Part shown: piece by piece, positions 12,991-25,900 of the stretch
How the letters are laid out: every line of letters begins with the position of its first letter
How positions within the stretch are numbered: position 1 is the first letter of the stretch
Source: Felis catus
Taxonomy: Eukaryota
DNA: 64,000 bases
Assembly: GCF_018350175.1 (NCBI RefSeq)
Contig: NC_058368.1
Span: 148,058,001 to 148,122,000 of the forward strand
Reading direction: 5' to 3'
The notes under the pieces: model-generated
The model's input: the letters and a program-made list of their open reading frames with translations, nothing else
Database searches by the model: none
Told to the model about the DNA's origin: nothing
Position numbers and translations under genes: made by a program

Positions 12991-13988
12991 ATTTAAATAT
13001 CCACAGACAATACTAGAATTATATAGATTTTTATTGTATGTAGGCCACATTAAGTCCAAGTTTCAGTAAGCCAAATAATAAGCCAGTTGAGTCACCTCCA
13101 GTGCATAAGGTAATGCATTAAATTCAGAATCTCTAGAAAATTCACTTACATAAGTAGTATTTGTTTCCTCCTTAGCTCATTTAATATGGCCTCTGGGTTT
13201 CTACAGATATAATAGCAAACTCTTGAAAATCTTCTGGTGTTTAAGCTACTTCTTTCTGGGTCAAAGTGTTTATCTTTCCTCCTGGAACACTGTGAGATTT
13301 GACACTAGTCATGGATCTAACAGTAACAAGGAGTGACTGTGATATGTCTTGAGTAGAACTAGCATCCATTTCTTCTTAAGGATATAGAATTTACAAGCAA
13401 AGGAAACCTAATCCCCTCATACACAGGAGGGCAATCTACTTCTACTGACAGATGCGACTAAGAGTGACAGAGGAGATGAAGATTTCCTGTTTCATATATG
13501 TCTGCCAGATGTTTCTATTCCAAGTTTCAGTGTTTCCCAATCTATGCTCTAACTTTAACTAACAAAACGTAATTCAACTAATATTATAACTCCTCATGCC
13601 ATATAAGTGCATTTTTGGTCTTTGATTCCTGTCTTTACATTTTATCTTTGATTTTTCAGCAACAACAGACCTGCAGGTCCTCAAGAAAATGCTCTATTTT
13701 TTCTTACCGTAACTTGAACTGACAGTTAAGGGACCTGAGCTTATCAATTTACTTTCTATAAGTCCTGCAGTGTACACAGTAGAATCTGTCTTACACCACA
13801 GTTCTTACGGTCATCACTACAGCTATAACAGACAAGGGAACAGTCATTGGACTCCCAAAGCACTTGTTTTAATTGGCACTTCACTACAATCAAATACTGA
13901 CCATAGTTTAACTATAATGCCACTGAATGTCCTCAAATATTAGCATTCCACTTCTAATTAGGAGGGAATTTAGCAGTGTGTTAAAGCC

Positions 13989-14215
13989 TGAGAAACTTAA
14001 CAGAAGACCATGGGGGAAGGGAAGAAAAAAAAAAAAAAAAGGTTACAGAGGGAGGGAGCCAAAAACATAAAAGACTCTTAAAAACTGAGAACAAACTGAG
14101 GGTTGATGGGGGGATGGGAGGGTGGGTGATGGGTACTGAGGAGGGCACCTGTTGGGATGAGCACTGGGTATTGTATGGAAACTAATCTGACAATAAATTT
14201 CATATTAAAAAAAAA
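13989..14215 (+). mobile_element. 5'-truncated felid L1 3' UTR fragment
   Basis: Matches the 3' UTR of the full-length L1 in this window (about 54686-54960: gagaaactta.cagaagaccatgggg...gagaacaaactgag...gacaataaa). Ends in poly(A). No TSD seen. Confidence 0.9.
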
Positions 14216-14295
14216 TCCCAATGATACATCAAAACCAATCCCCAGATACCATCTCTGTGGGTCTGTCTCCTGGGACCATTATTGCTATCATTTCT

Positions 14296-14928
14296 GTATT
14301 GGTTAAGGCCCTATCAAGAAACAGAAATCACACAGTACATTTGAATAGGGAGAGTTTATAATAAATATTTATTAACTAGTAACAGATTAAGTAGTAGAGT
14401 GTTAATAATAAAAAAAATATCATCAGATATTGGGGAATAGCTACTACCAATAAGGCTGAGGCAGAATACTCTAGGAAAGAAAATGTTTGAAAGAGGTTCC
14501 TCTACACATGGCTTAGGTTCTGATTTTACTGGGAGTACATGTCTGTAGCTCCTGGATAACAGAAAAGTTCACTATGGTACTGCAGGCCAAGCAGGCATGC
14601 AGGGAATTGCCTGCAGAGGCAAGGCATCAATGAAACTCTGCAGCAATTTGCCCACAGGCCTGCTGCTGAGCTAATGAGGTGATTGTAATGCTTGCAGAAT
14701 TTACTGGGAAGATACTGGGTAGTGCAGTGAAATTCACTGCAGGTGAACAGCACTGGATGTTCAACATACTATCCACCATCAGGTCAGTGGGAAAAAGAGA
14801 AACAATTACAGATTCTAGCTCCCACATTATAAGCAGCTCAACAGAGAATGGACTAGGAGCTAAGAGGCAATAAATTGATTCACCAGCACAGAAGCAGGCC
14901 CAAAGTGGGTCTATACACTGATAACACA
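14296..14928. mobile_element. Ancient ERVL-type solo LTR (subfamily uncertain)
   Basis: Starts tgtattggttaagg...caagaaacagaaatcacac and ends ...tgataacaca (TG...CA termini). GC content is higher than the flanks. Confidence 0.5.
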
Positions 14929-14929
14929 T

Positions 14930-16140
14930 TCTTTAAAATAATTATGATAAATATGTTAAAGAAATAGTGGAAAAGGTAGAAACTATGAATATGATGGATA
15001 ATTACAGAAGTAGTATAAAACGTATTTTGAAAGACTATGTGGAAATCCTAAAAATTAAAAAAAAAGTGATGTAACAAAAAATCTATTCCACAGACTCAAC
15101 GGAGTCCTGAAGAAAGTATTTGAATAAAGTTTTAATGAACTTAAAGACAAGTCATAAAAATTACCTATATTAAAATAGAAAACAACAAATCAAAGAGCAA
15201 AAGAGAATTAAAAAAAAATCTTAGATCTGTAGGATCAAATAAAATAGTCAAGCATATCACACTCCAAAACATAAGAGAAAGAGATTTTACAGAAGATGTA
15301 TTTGAAAAGTAATGGCTAAGAATGTTTCAATACTTTTGAAATGCCAATTCCCTCCAAATCAACTGATAAACTTATTACAAGCCAATGTAATCTCAGTAGA
15401 ACTTTCATAGAAATTTGGAGAATGGATTTAAAATGTATATGAAAATGAAAAGATGTGTAATAGCCAACATAATATTAGAAAAGAAAAATGAAGAATTTAT
15501 ACTACTTAATTTCAACACTTACTATGGACCTACAATAATAATGAAAATAGATAACTGGAATGAGAAATTTCAGAAATAGACTTACATAATATAACTATCG
15601 TTACTATTATAACAATATAAACATATTGTTTTATAATGACAGGAACTGAATCAGTTCACTGGGGATATTCTTTCTTAAGAGTGGTGCCAGAAAAAAAATG
15701 AACTTTAGATTAAAATATACCTTAACTTTTCTCTCAGCTTATGCACAGACATTAATTGGATGAATCATACATATAAATGAAAAAGCTAAAAACATAAAGC
15801 TTGTAGAAGAAAATATAGGAAGATATTTTCTTGATTTTGAATGAGATAAGAATGGACAAAAAACCCCACATGAACACTTGATATATGTGACTTGATAATA
15901 AAACATTTCTCTGCTCATCAAGAGAAATGAAATCATATGCCTAAATGACTTACACAAGAAGATATACGTTTTATTCATAGATGTAAATTTGAATCACTGT
16001 AAATGCCCATTAAGTGGAAGAAAGGATAACATATTGTTATATATTCAACTATCAACAGAAAAGGACTAATGACATAAAAAGAAATATGGATGAGTTCCCC
16101 AAAATACTATGTTGATAAAGTATAAAAAATAAGAACACCA
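14930..16140 (+). mobile_element. Old L1M fragments (ORF1 and ORF2 pieces)
   Basis: A-rich decayed L1 sense text (aaaatgtatatgaaaatgaaaagatgtgtaatagccaac; aaagctaaaaacataaagcttgtagaagaaaatataggaag). Confidence 0.7.
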
Positions 16141-16529
16141 TAATACTATCTAGAGTATTATATAGCACTCTATATTCTTCACTATGCTTCCAAAGATCCT
16201 TATATGTATATCAGTGTGTGTATATACATATGTGTATGTAAGTGTGTATTCATATAGTATATGTGTACATATACACACATATATGTATTCACTATTTTTC
16301 AAATAATTCATAGGATCTTAAAACATGCTTATAGAAGAGGTAAATTTGTTGAAAATAAGACTGGAAAAGTCTTATGCGTCAGTCTTCCCTTTTGTCCTTG
16401 TGAAACCATATTCTCCTTACAATTAAGCAACTTTATAACCAACACACTTGGATTTTAGTAGATATAGATTTATGAATCCATGGATTCACTCATTTAGTTC
16501 TCTGCTGTTTCCATAAACTCACTTTGTGA

Positions 16530-16640
16530 ATTTCCCACTAAAGTGCAAGCATATGGGACAGAGATTTTATCTGATTTGTTTACTGTTATATTCTTAGCTT
16601 CTAATAAAGCCTGGGTCAGTAGGTATTTGTTGAACAAGTA
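16530..16640 (+). mobile_element. L2 3' end
   Basis: gggacagagattttatctgatttgtttactgttatattc...taggtatttgttgaa. Confidence 0.55.
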
Positions 16641-16778
16641 AAAATTTACAAACAAAACTAACCAAAGGTGCAAAAATGTTTCTTTCCTCAAGCATTTTAA
16701 AATATTTTGGAGGAAATAAAGTTTTATATCCTTTTATGGCCTGTAGAGGACTTTCTGTTAAGAAATTAGGCTCTTCTA

Positions 16779-16997
16779 GGGGCGCCTGGGTGGCTCAGTT
16801 GGTTGAGCGTCTGACTTCGGCTCAGGTCATGATCTTGCGGTCCGTGAGTTCAAGCCCCGCGTCGGGCTCTGGGCTGATGGCTCAGAGCCTGGAGCCTGCT
16901 TCCGATTCTGTGTCTCCCTCTCTCTCTACCCCTCCCCCGTTCATGCTCTATCTCTCTGTCTCAAAAATAAATAAACGTTAAAAAAAAATTAAAAAAA
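16779..16997 (+). mobile_element. Can-SINE (SINEC_Fc), young
   Basis: Full SINE with CpGs retained. 18-bp TSD aagaaattagg(c/t)tcttct at 16760-16777 and 16998-17015. Confidence 0.97.
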
Positions 16998-18092
16998 AAG
17001 AAATTAGGTTCTTCTCTTATAGTTTACTTATTCCCTTACCCTCTATTCCCTGTGGGCAAACATATTTGTCACTAAACAAGAGAAGATGTATTACTTTTAA
17101 TTAATAGTACACATGTTACAAGATAGCCAATAGGTAAAGCAGAGATAAGATACCAGTGGCCTTGATAGATAGCTGGTCTTACTGAGCAGCTCCCTTTTCT
17201 TATCTCACTTGCACATTTGTCAAAGGGTTAGCTTCCGGCCTTGAAGTGTGGCCATGAAAGAATCTCTGAGGCTGGTTATTCGATAGTGAGATTACATACT
17301 TATAGCTCTTCACCCTGAACACTCCAACAGTGTCCTAGCTTGTGTAAATTTTATAGTTCTTGAAGAGTTTGAAAAATGCCATTCAAAATGACTCCTGAAC
17401 ATTTTTTTAGTAAAAATAAAGAATATAATGACTCTGATAAATGGAGTATAAAGTGTGTTTTAGTTAGAATTGCAGGCAACAGTCCCAGTGACTTTGTGGC
17501 TATTCCCATTTTAATGTTTGGGTTAAAAGAAAAAAAGAGAGAAAATGAGTAATTCAACCAGCCATCCAGAGAAAAGCAAGGGATCTTGAAAACTTTATGC
17601 TCTTGTCCATTATTTTACTCGGTAGTCTCCCTTCAGTTTCTTAAAACTAAGATAAAGAGCCATTTCCTTGTCATAATGGCTGATGGGCTAATGGAATCTT
17701 GGTTGGACATATATATAAAATGCCAAATGAAAAGCCTTTTGTGAACAGAAGGCTGTGTATATGCAAAACTTTAAAAACAGACCATTAAAAATGGTAAACA
17801 AATAATATGTTATAAAGTAATAATCTTCAAATTAGAGTACATTAGGGTTACATGCAGATTTTCCAAGGGAATAAAACATAAATACACTTTCATGAACTTC
17901 ACTTCCATAAGAACAAGTCAGTGTTTCTTCTTTCTCTTCTCCCCTTAAGCAGTCTTCCTTATTCATTTTTCAAAAGATAATTAACATCACAATTGTGAAC
18001 TGCCCTACCACATAAAATTCGTTAAGGGCAGAAATAAGAGATGTTTCAAAATTGTGGTTTAGTGCCCAGAAAGTGAATGATAATAATGACAA

Positions 18093-18215
18093 ATATTACA
18101 TATATATCGTATATATATGTAATATATCATACATATATGTATGTAATATACATATATATACGATATATATGTAATATGCTATACATATGATATATATGAT
18201 ATATATGTAACATGC
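18093..18215. repeat. TA-rich low-complexity tract containing an 85-bp quasi-palindrome
   Basis: 18093-18121 is the exact reverse complement of 18149-18177. Confidence 0.85.
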
Positions 18216-18445
18216 TATAAAGGGTGATAAGAAATTATAGATTGGTAATAAGCTATAAAGGCTGATTAGAAAAAGGCTTGAAAAATATAAACATATTAGA
18301 ATACAATTTTATGCTAAAGGTAGAATAAAAATATAAATTCAAGGAGATAAAAGATATAAAATGATTGTTAAAGGAATAGTTTTTCATGTATTTTTAAGTG
18401 GATAACACTTAATATCAAAAAGATTGCTTAAAAATATCAATATTT

Positions 18446-18665
18446 GGGGCGCCTGGGTGGCGCAGTCGGTTAAGCGTCCGACTTCAGCCAGGTCACGATC
18501 TCGCGGTCGGGGAGTTCGAGCCCCGCGTCGGGCTCTGGGCTGATGGCTCGGAGCCTGGAGCCTGTTTCCGATTCTGTGTCTCCCTCTCTCTCTGCCCCTC
18601 CCCCGTTCATGCTCTGTCTCTCTCTGTCCCAAAAATAAATAAACGTTGAAAAAAAAATTTTTTTT
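18446..18665 (+). mobile_element. Can-SINE (SINEC_Fc), youngest type
   Basis: ggggcgcctgggtggcgcagtcggttaagcgtccgacttcagccaggtcacg with CpGs largely intact. TSD aaatatcaatatttg at 18432-18446 and 18666-18680. Confidence 0.97.
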
Positions 18666-18976
18666 AAATATCAATATTTGTAGTATGCTGAAATTTATAA
18701 TCTCTGCACTTGTGTATATTTATGATAGTGTTTTCTATGTTAACTTAGAAATGTGAGAAAAACACTTTTTGTTTTCAAAAATCTTTTGGGATTTACCAGG
18801 GAAAAAAAAAGACTGAAGGTCACTGCATTCTGAGACAGACACTGCTACTTACTTTGTTACTTTGCATTCTTTATTTCTTTCTTGTCATAATTCTTGATTT
18901 TATCAAAGATCAATCACCTAGCTATTAATTTTATTTGCCCTTTCTCATGCATCTAGCTGTGACCATGCAGCCAAGA

Positions 18977-19063
18977 GTCAGTCAGCAGAGAAAGCAACTC
19001 TTGATCTCGGGATTATAAATCTGAGCCCTACATTCAGTGTTGGAGATTATTTAAAAATAAAAT
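18977..19063 (+). mobile_element. Short, older tRNA-like Can-SINE fragment followed by (GAA)n(GGA)n
   Basis: gtcagtcagcagag...actcttgatctcggg...gagccctac...gagattatttaaaaataaaat. Confidence 0.65.
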
Positions 19064-19104
19064 GAAGAAGAAGAAGGAGGAGGAGGAGGAGGAGGAGGAG
19101 GAGG

Positions 19105-19375
19105 GACAAATGGTGTATGCAACTTCTGCACGGTCTCTCTAAAGGAAATTGCTTGCCTGCCACTTTATCTTCATTGCTTCAAACTCTTTAGACTATGATA
19201 ATCGTTGAATAGTCACTTGGACTCCAAAAAATAAACCACACGTGAGGGAGATCAGGGCCATTGGCCAATAAGCCCCAGATGGCTCACCTCTGACTGAAGC
19301 ATGAGTGAAACGAATGGTCTCTTATTTAAGTCACTACTTGGAGGGTTTTTTATTTATAACATCAATGGACTCTAA
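19105..19375 (+). mobile_element. Old MaLR LTR (MLT1I-like) fragment
   Basis: tgtatgcaacttctg...aaaggaaattgcttgcc...tcttatttaagtcactacttggaggg. Confidence 0.45.
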
Positions 19376-20309
19376 ATTATGTATATGCTAAGTATAAGAA
19401 TAAATGGGAAAAAAGAAAAATAAATGGAAAAACAAATAGCTATATTATTTCAGAAGTTGTACAAAACGTCAATACAGCTTAGTGAGTAAATATCGTACTG
19501 AATTTTACCGAGCATAATGAGCTTGGAACCCAGTCCTACCTTTGACATGATAAGGTTGTTTTTCTTTGGACAAGAAATTTTGCTCTGTAAAGCTATTTCC
19601 CAAATAAGGAAAAAGGATCAGATATCCTTACAGTCTTATTACTTAAATTACAGTGCTTTTCTCCTTTTGTAGAAGACCAGGGAAGTTTCAAAAGACGTTG
19701 TTATTTAAACTGGGCCTTGAACAGTAATTAACAAATGCCCCCTAGGAGATCTGAATCACAGAATAAAAGTATAAATCTCCTGGTGTCTTCTAATAATCTA
19801 CATAGGGTAGAATAAATGGAGTTCATAGGATAATCACATTCTTAGAGCAGAGATATGTTTATTGAATACAGCAGCTCAGATGGAAATGCAACGGTTGCTT
19901 AAAAGATTACTAACAATATCTAACCTATTCTTATATTTAAATGATCTTATAATTCTAACTCTAGCAGACTTCAGTACATGAGACAAATAATGCTAGCCTG
20001 ACATGGATCATGGAAGTGATTAAGGTGATAACATTCTGTTAGAAACAAATAAGATCTTGGCAGTTTGCAGTTGAATATGAGAAAATTAAGAATAAGAGTA
20101 CTAGAAAATGAGAGGAATGATTTGCAAGTTAATTTAAACATAGATACAATGTTAGTGGGGTTTATAATGAAAGTGCATTAGCTCTTTTAATTTTTAAATG
20201 ATTTAAATTATGTAACACAATGAATTATTAAGCAACCTGATGTCTGAAATCATTTATAATTTGTGTCAACCACTAGTAAAAAAAAAAAGCAAGTTGTACA
20301 AAAATGTTG

Positions 20310-20590
20310 TAAGTACCTATGATGTACACTGATTCTTCATTAGGTACTGTAACATGTGCTCTTATTTAAATTTTAAAATAACACTATTAGATTATCTTCC
20401 ATATCATTAGACATGATTAAACTGAAAATCAGAGAGCTATATAACTCCTTAACATTTCAAAGCTATTAAGTTCTAGCGGCAAGTTGTTTTTTTTTCGTTT
20501 GTTTGTTTTTTGGTTTTGTTTTTTTGTCTGTTTTTTTTTTAACCCAGGCTCTACTGAATTCTAAAGTTCATGTTTTTCCATTATAGCAAA
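20310..20590 (-). mobile_element. MIR with an inserted T-rich tract
   Basis: aaactgaaaatcagagag...aacccaggctctactgaattctaaagttcatgtttttccattat. Confidence 0.55.
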
Positions 20591-20639
20591 TTCTTTTACC
20601 CAGAACTATCTTCTTTCAACTTCTGTCCATTCTTATTTT

Positions 20640-21765
20640 TTCCATATCAACTTTATTCAGGAAACCGTAAACTGTACCTAATTTAAAAATACAATTTGAG
20701 GGGCTCCTGCAGCCATATACCATCAATAAACAGATCTTTCCATCCTTCTTAAGACTCTTCATAGTCCTCTATGGTCCACAATGCCCTCCTCACCTCTGGC
20801 CGCAAGAAAGAGTGACCTGCCTCTGCCACCATATGTTAACTGTTGTTTTATATAAATGGAATGCTACAGTATATGCTTTTGTGTTTCTTTGTCTTCTTTC
20901 AGTCAGCATAATGATTCTGAGATTCATCTACACTGTTGTGTGTCTCAGAGCTATTCCCTTTTATTGCTGAGGAGTATTAAGGTGTATGGATGTATCATAT
21001 GTTATTTTTTCAGCCAACTGCTGATGGACATTTAGATTTTCACATTTTTGTATTTTTTGTATATTATAAAGTTTTTGTACATACTCCTGTACAAGACTCA
21101 TGTGGATGTATGGTTTCATTTCTCTTGGAGAAATCATTAGAATGAGGAATGGCTGGGTCCTGCGGTAGGTATATACTTAAGTTTTTAAGAAACTGACAAA
21201 GGATTTTCCAAAGTGGTTGTGCATTTCACATTTTCACCAGCAGTGCATTACAGTCCAGCTCTGCTACATCTCATTGACGCTTGCTATGGTTGCTCTGTTT
21301 AGTTTTAGTCATTCTATTAGATATGCTGTGGTATCTCACTGTGGTTTTAATTTTTAATTTGGTGAAAGTTGTATGAGGTTGAACATATTGTCCCAGAATT
21401 ACTGGCCATCTTGTACGCCTTTTAATCAAATAATTTACTAGTTTCAGTGGTTTTTGACTTACTTTTGTCAAATATTTATCTTTTACATCCTTTGTCAGAT
21501 ATATGTATTATGAATATTTTCTACCAACCTAAAACTTATTGATTTCTTAGTGATGAATACTGAAGAACAAACATTTCTAATGTGGATAAATCTGAATTTT
21601 GTTATTTGGCTCTTGGATGTTTCATGCTTTTTTGTAGTCTCTGAAATCTCTGCCTATCCAAATATGTCAAGATTTTCTTCTAGGCCTTTCTCTAAGATTT
21701 TCAGTGTTTATTTGTTTTTTACATTTTGTTCTCTGATATATTTCAAATTAACTTTTTATGTATGC
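20640..21765 (-). mobile_element. Old L1 (L1MB/L1MC-like) 3' region
   Basis: tatataaatggaatgctacagtatatgc...ttctgagattcatc...ttttccaaagtggttgt; minus ORF KIKTTVRYHSISNRMTK. Confidence 0.8.
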
Positions 21766-21866
21766 TTGCATTGATTTTTATTGTTGTCATAACAAAATAA
21801 CACACACTTTGTGGCTTAAACAATATAACTATGTCATCTTAAAGTTCTGGACATCAGAAATCCCAA
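21766..21866 (-). mobile_element. MLT1 (MaLR) terminal fragment, truncated by L1
   Basis: ttgttgtcataacaaaataacacacactttgtggcttaaacaa...agttctggacatcagaaatcc. Confidence 0.6.
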
Positions 21867-23137
21867 ATACTCCACCAAAAAACTGCAGTAACTGATAAAT
21901 GAATTCAGCAAAATTGCAGGATACAAAATCAACATACAGAAATCGGTTGCATTTCTATACACCAATTAAAAAGCAGCAGAAAGAGAAATCAAGGAAATGT
22001 TCCCATTTACAATTGCACCAAAAACCAAAAGATACTTAGCAATAAACCTAACCAAAGAGGTAAAAGATGTGTATGCTAAAAACTATAGAAAGCTTATGAA
22101 AGAAAGTGAAGAGACACAAAGAAATGGAAAAACATTCCATGCTCATGGATTGGAAGAAAAAATAGTGTTAAGATGTCTGTACTACTCAAAGAACTCTACA
22201 CATTCGATGCAATCCCTATCAAAATAACACCAGCATTCTTCACAGAGCTAGAACAAACAATTCTAAAATTTGTATGGACCAGAAAAGACCCCAAATGGCC
22301 AAAGTAATGATAAAAAAGAAAACCAAAGCTGGAGGCATCACAATTCCAGACTTCAAGCTGTATTGCAAAGCTGTAATTTTCAAGACAGTGCAGTATTGGC
22401 ACAAAAAAAAAAAACAGACACAGATCAATAGAACAGAATAGGAAACCCAGAAATGGACTACACATGTATGGCCAACTAATCTTCGACAAAATGGGAAAGA
22501 ATGTCCAATGGAAAAAAGACAGTGTCTTCAGCAAATGATGTTGTAAAAACCCCACAGTGACATGCAGAAGAACGAATCTGGACCACTTCTTACACTATAC
22601 ATAAAAATAAACTCAAAATGGATGAAAGACCTAAACATAGGACAGGAAACCATCAAATTCCAAGAGGAGAAAACAGGCAACACATCTTTGACCTCAGCCA
22701 CAGCAACTTCATACTAAGTCTCCAGAGGCAAGGGAAACAAAAGTAAAAATGAACTCTTGGGACCTCATCACGATAAAAAGCTTCTGTAAAGTGAGGAAAC
22801 AATCAACAAAACTAAAAGACAACCTACAGGAAGGGACATAACATACCTGATAAAGGGTTAGTATCCAAAATATATAAAGAACTTAACAAACCCACCACCC
22901 AAAAAACAAAACCTTAAATACAGAGAACAAACTGAAGTTTGATGGAAGCATGTTGGGGGGGGGGGGGATGGGCATTAAGAAGGGCATTTGTTGAGATGAG
23001 CACTGGGCGTTATATGTAAGTGACAGATCACTAAATACTACTCCTGAAACCACTGTTACACTATATGTTGACTACTTGAATTTAAATTAAAAAATAAAAT
23101 AAAATAAAATAAAATAAAAATCTTAATTAAAAAAAAA
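21856..23137 (+). mobile_element. 5'-truncated felid L1 (ORF2 3' half plus 3' UTR) with an internal deletion
   Basis: ORF FPFTIAPKTKRYLAINLTKEVKDVYAKNYRKLMKE. Jumps from ORF2 to the 3' UTR at about 22910. (AAAAT)n/poly(A) tail. Confidence 0.93.
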
Positions 23138-23159
23138 GGAGGAGGAGGAGGAGGAGAAT

Positions 23160-23335
23160 CCCCTCAGAAGAGTCCCATGTCTCTTAAGAACAAGTCTGCT
23201 TAGTATCCCTGACATGCTTGGTCACTGACTGGGAGCTAATGAACAATGGCTTTCAGGATGCGTCAGCTGGGGCTCATTGTCAACTTTGCTTCCTGTAGTT
23301 GGAAGAATTAAGGCACATCTTGTGGCTCCATAGTT
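23160..23335. mobile_element. MaLR LTR fragment (MLT1H-like)
   Basis: gtcccatgtctc...ctgcttagtatccctg...gtcactgactgggagc. Confidence 0.4.
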
Positions 23336-23364
23336 TGACCTCAACTCTCTATATATCTATTGTT

Positions 23365-23660
23365 TCTTTTAAATAAACCCTTATTTTTAGAACAAATTTA
23401 GATTTACACAAAAATTAAAAAGATAATATAGAGTTCTCATACACTCCACACCCAATTTCCTCTAATGTTAACATCTTACACTAGTGTGGTATACAATGAC
23501 TAAAATTGATAAACCAAATAGTGATACATGAGTAATAATTAAAGGCCATGCTTTATTAAGATTCCCTTAGTTTTCACCTAATGTCCTTTTACCGTTCCAG
23601 GATTCCACCTAGAACAGCTCATTATATTTAGTCACCAAGTCTTAATCAGTTCCTCTTGCA
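23365..23660 (-). mobile_element. L1MC-like 3' fragment
   Basis: ttatttttagaacaaatttagatttacacaaaaattaaaaagataatatagagttctcatacactcc. Confidence 0.7.
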
Positions 23661-24229
23661 TTTGCTATGCAAACCAAAATCACATGAAGCTCCTCCAAGG
23701 TTCCTGTGATAAATTAGTCTCTCCTGCTTCCATTCTTTACCTCCTGGACCCAAGCACAAGTAAAAGTTTAATATTTAGGAGATTATTCCTAATGCTGGAT
23801 TATTAGGGATAATAATGAGAAATAATAATTTAATTATTAGATTATTCTTATTCTTTGTAAGAAAATAATGGGAAAGAATGGTATTCTAACATTTAAAAAT
23901 CCATTGCACCCATGTAGGTGCTACACACATACTTCACCAAATAAAAGGAACAAATTCCTTTTTTTGTATTTTTGTAGCTTGTACAAAGCCCCAGATGGCC
24001 TACCTGCAGAATTTTTGTGTTAAACAAACAACTTTCTAACTTATTTTTTCAGTACTAGCCAGTTATTTGATTATTCTGTTCAAATACAATCCTAGTTGAT
24101 ATCATAGATTAAATTTTTAACATAGAGTCTGGTACAGATACTCTGACTTTCTTTAGTAGATATTATTATGAAGACATCTACCAGTTCAGAAAATTAAAAC
24201 TACTATACCAAATATAAACATGCAAAATA

Positions 24230-25900
24230 TAATAAAACTTGTTTTCTCTTAATATAAATTTACATTATTAAATATTCTGCACAAAATGAACAAGGTGGGT
24301 AATTAGCCACTTCCATGATAGACATTACTAAAAGAGAAAGCTACTCTCTTAAGGGTAATACGGGCTCACAGGGCAAAATACAACATAACTGAAGAACAGA
24401 GTACTTCAAAAGAAAAACACAAAGTGGATAATATTTATCATCTGAAGAAGAATTATTGAAGCAGTGAACAAATAATTTAAAATAAGTGTAAGTATATTTA
24501 ATCAAGAAAAGGAAGATATTAACATGTTAGATACTAATGAAATGAAGAACACAGATAGAGAAAAAAACAGTGGAACAGAAACAGCTGAAGAATGAATTTA
24601 TGAGTTAAATGATTATATGGGGTAAATTTCACAAAAAATGTTGGAATAAAGAACACAAAAGAAAAGTTAAATATAAATAAAAGAAGCATAAATATCCAAA
24701 TATTATAGATATCTTAAAGAGAAATAAAAAATTGAAAGGATGATAAAAACAATAAAATTTAATTTTTTTTAAATAGAAAGGAGAAAATAATATAGTAATA
24801 ATGGAGTCAAAATTTCCCAGATTCAGATAAATCTGAAGACCTAAAACTTAACTATTTATAGTCCCCCTGTTAGGTGAGAGAAAGAAAAAATTAACTTAAA
24901 TATATAGTAATATTTTAGCATATTGGTTATAAATAGAAAATTCCAAACTTCTTAATAAAGTTAACTGATCATGAGTAAGAACATTTGTCAAATATAAAAT
25001 CAACAAAGAATTAGTACTTAGACTATCCACGGATTTCCTTCAAAACAACAAGAATAAAACAGCAAACACAATTGAAAATCAGGTGAAAGATATGACCAAG
25101 ATACTTACTGAGGAAGGTACCTGAAAGTCTTATGAGAATATGAAGGAGTGCTTAAAATTTTAATAATCATAAAAATGCAAATCAAAACAAAAATGAGAAA
25201 TCACTTTCCATACATGCCTTATAATGGTAAAAAGCTAAAAGCTGAAAATATTATTTTTTGGGAAAAAGTGGGAGTATTGAAACTACCATGGATTATAGGT
25301 GGGAGGTATAGACTGGCCATTTGGAGTGCCAACTAGTACTATTTTGTAAGATAGCCTGTGACGTAGCATTTTGGCTTTTGAGTAAATGCCCCAAAGGCAA
25401 ATATATTCAACAATATTCAATGAAGAATTATTTATAGTTGGGGACTTAAAAAAAAAGGTCAGTATTACCAATTAAGAGCGGAAAGGTAAAATAATGTGGA
25501 TAAATATTATAGAATATAATGGAGAGTTAGAAGAAATAGATTAGATGTGTGTATAGCAATGTAGGCGAATAGGGCACCTGGGTGGCTCAGTAGGTTGAGC
25601 GTCTGACTTCGGCTCAGGTCATGATCTCAAGGTTAGTGACTCTGAGCCCAGCGTTGGGCTCTGTGCTGATAGCTCAGAGCCTGGAGACTGCTTTGGATTC
25701 TGTCTCCCTCTATTTCTGCCCCTCATCCCCCATTCACACTCTGTCCTCTCTCAAAAATAAATAAAATATATTTAAAAAAATGCAGGTGAACAGAATTTTT
25801 TAACATAATATTAAGTTGGGAAAAAAATGAAAATGATATATCATTTGCCAGAATAAATGCCTGCGAATAGGACACAAGACACAATTTACAAGAATGCACA
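24230..25900 (+). mobile_element. Very old L1 (L1ME-like) fragments, interrupted by a SINE
   Basis: A-rich ORF1-like text, then ORF2-end-like IIIKMQIKTKMRNHF. Confidence 0.6.
25572..25778 (+). mobile_element. Can-SINE
   Basis: Full SINE. Degenerate TSD aatgtaggcgaatag (25558-25572) and aatgcaggtgaacag (25779-25793). Confidence 0.95.

Noticed and set aside
17114..17329. TG...CA-bounded segment of about 215 bp resembling a small LTR
   Set aside because: No TSD, and I cannot match it to a family with confidence.
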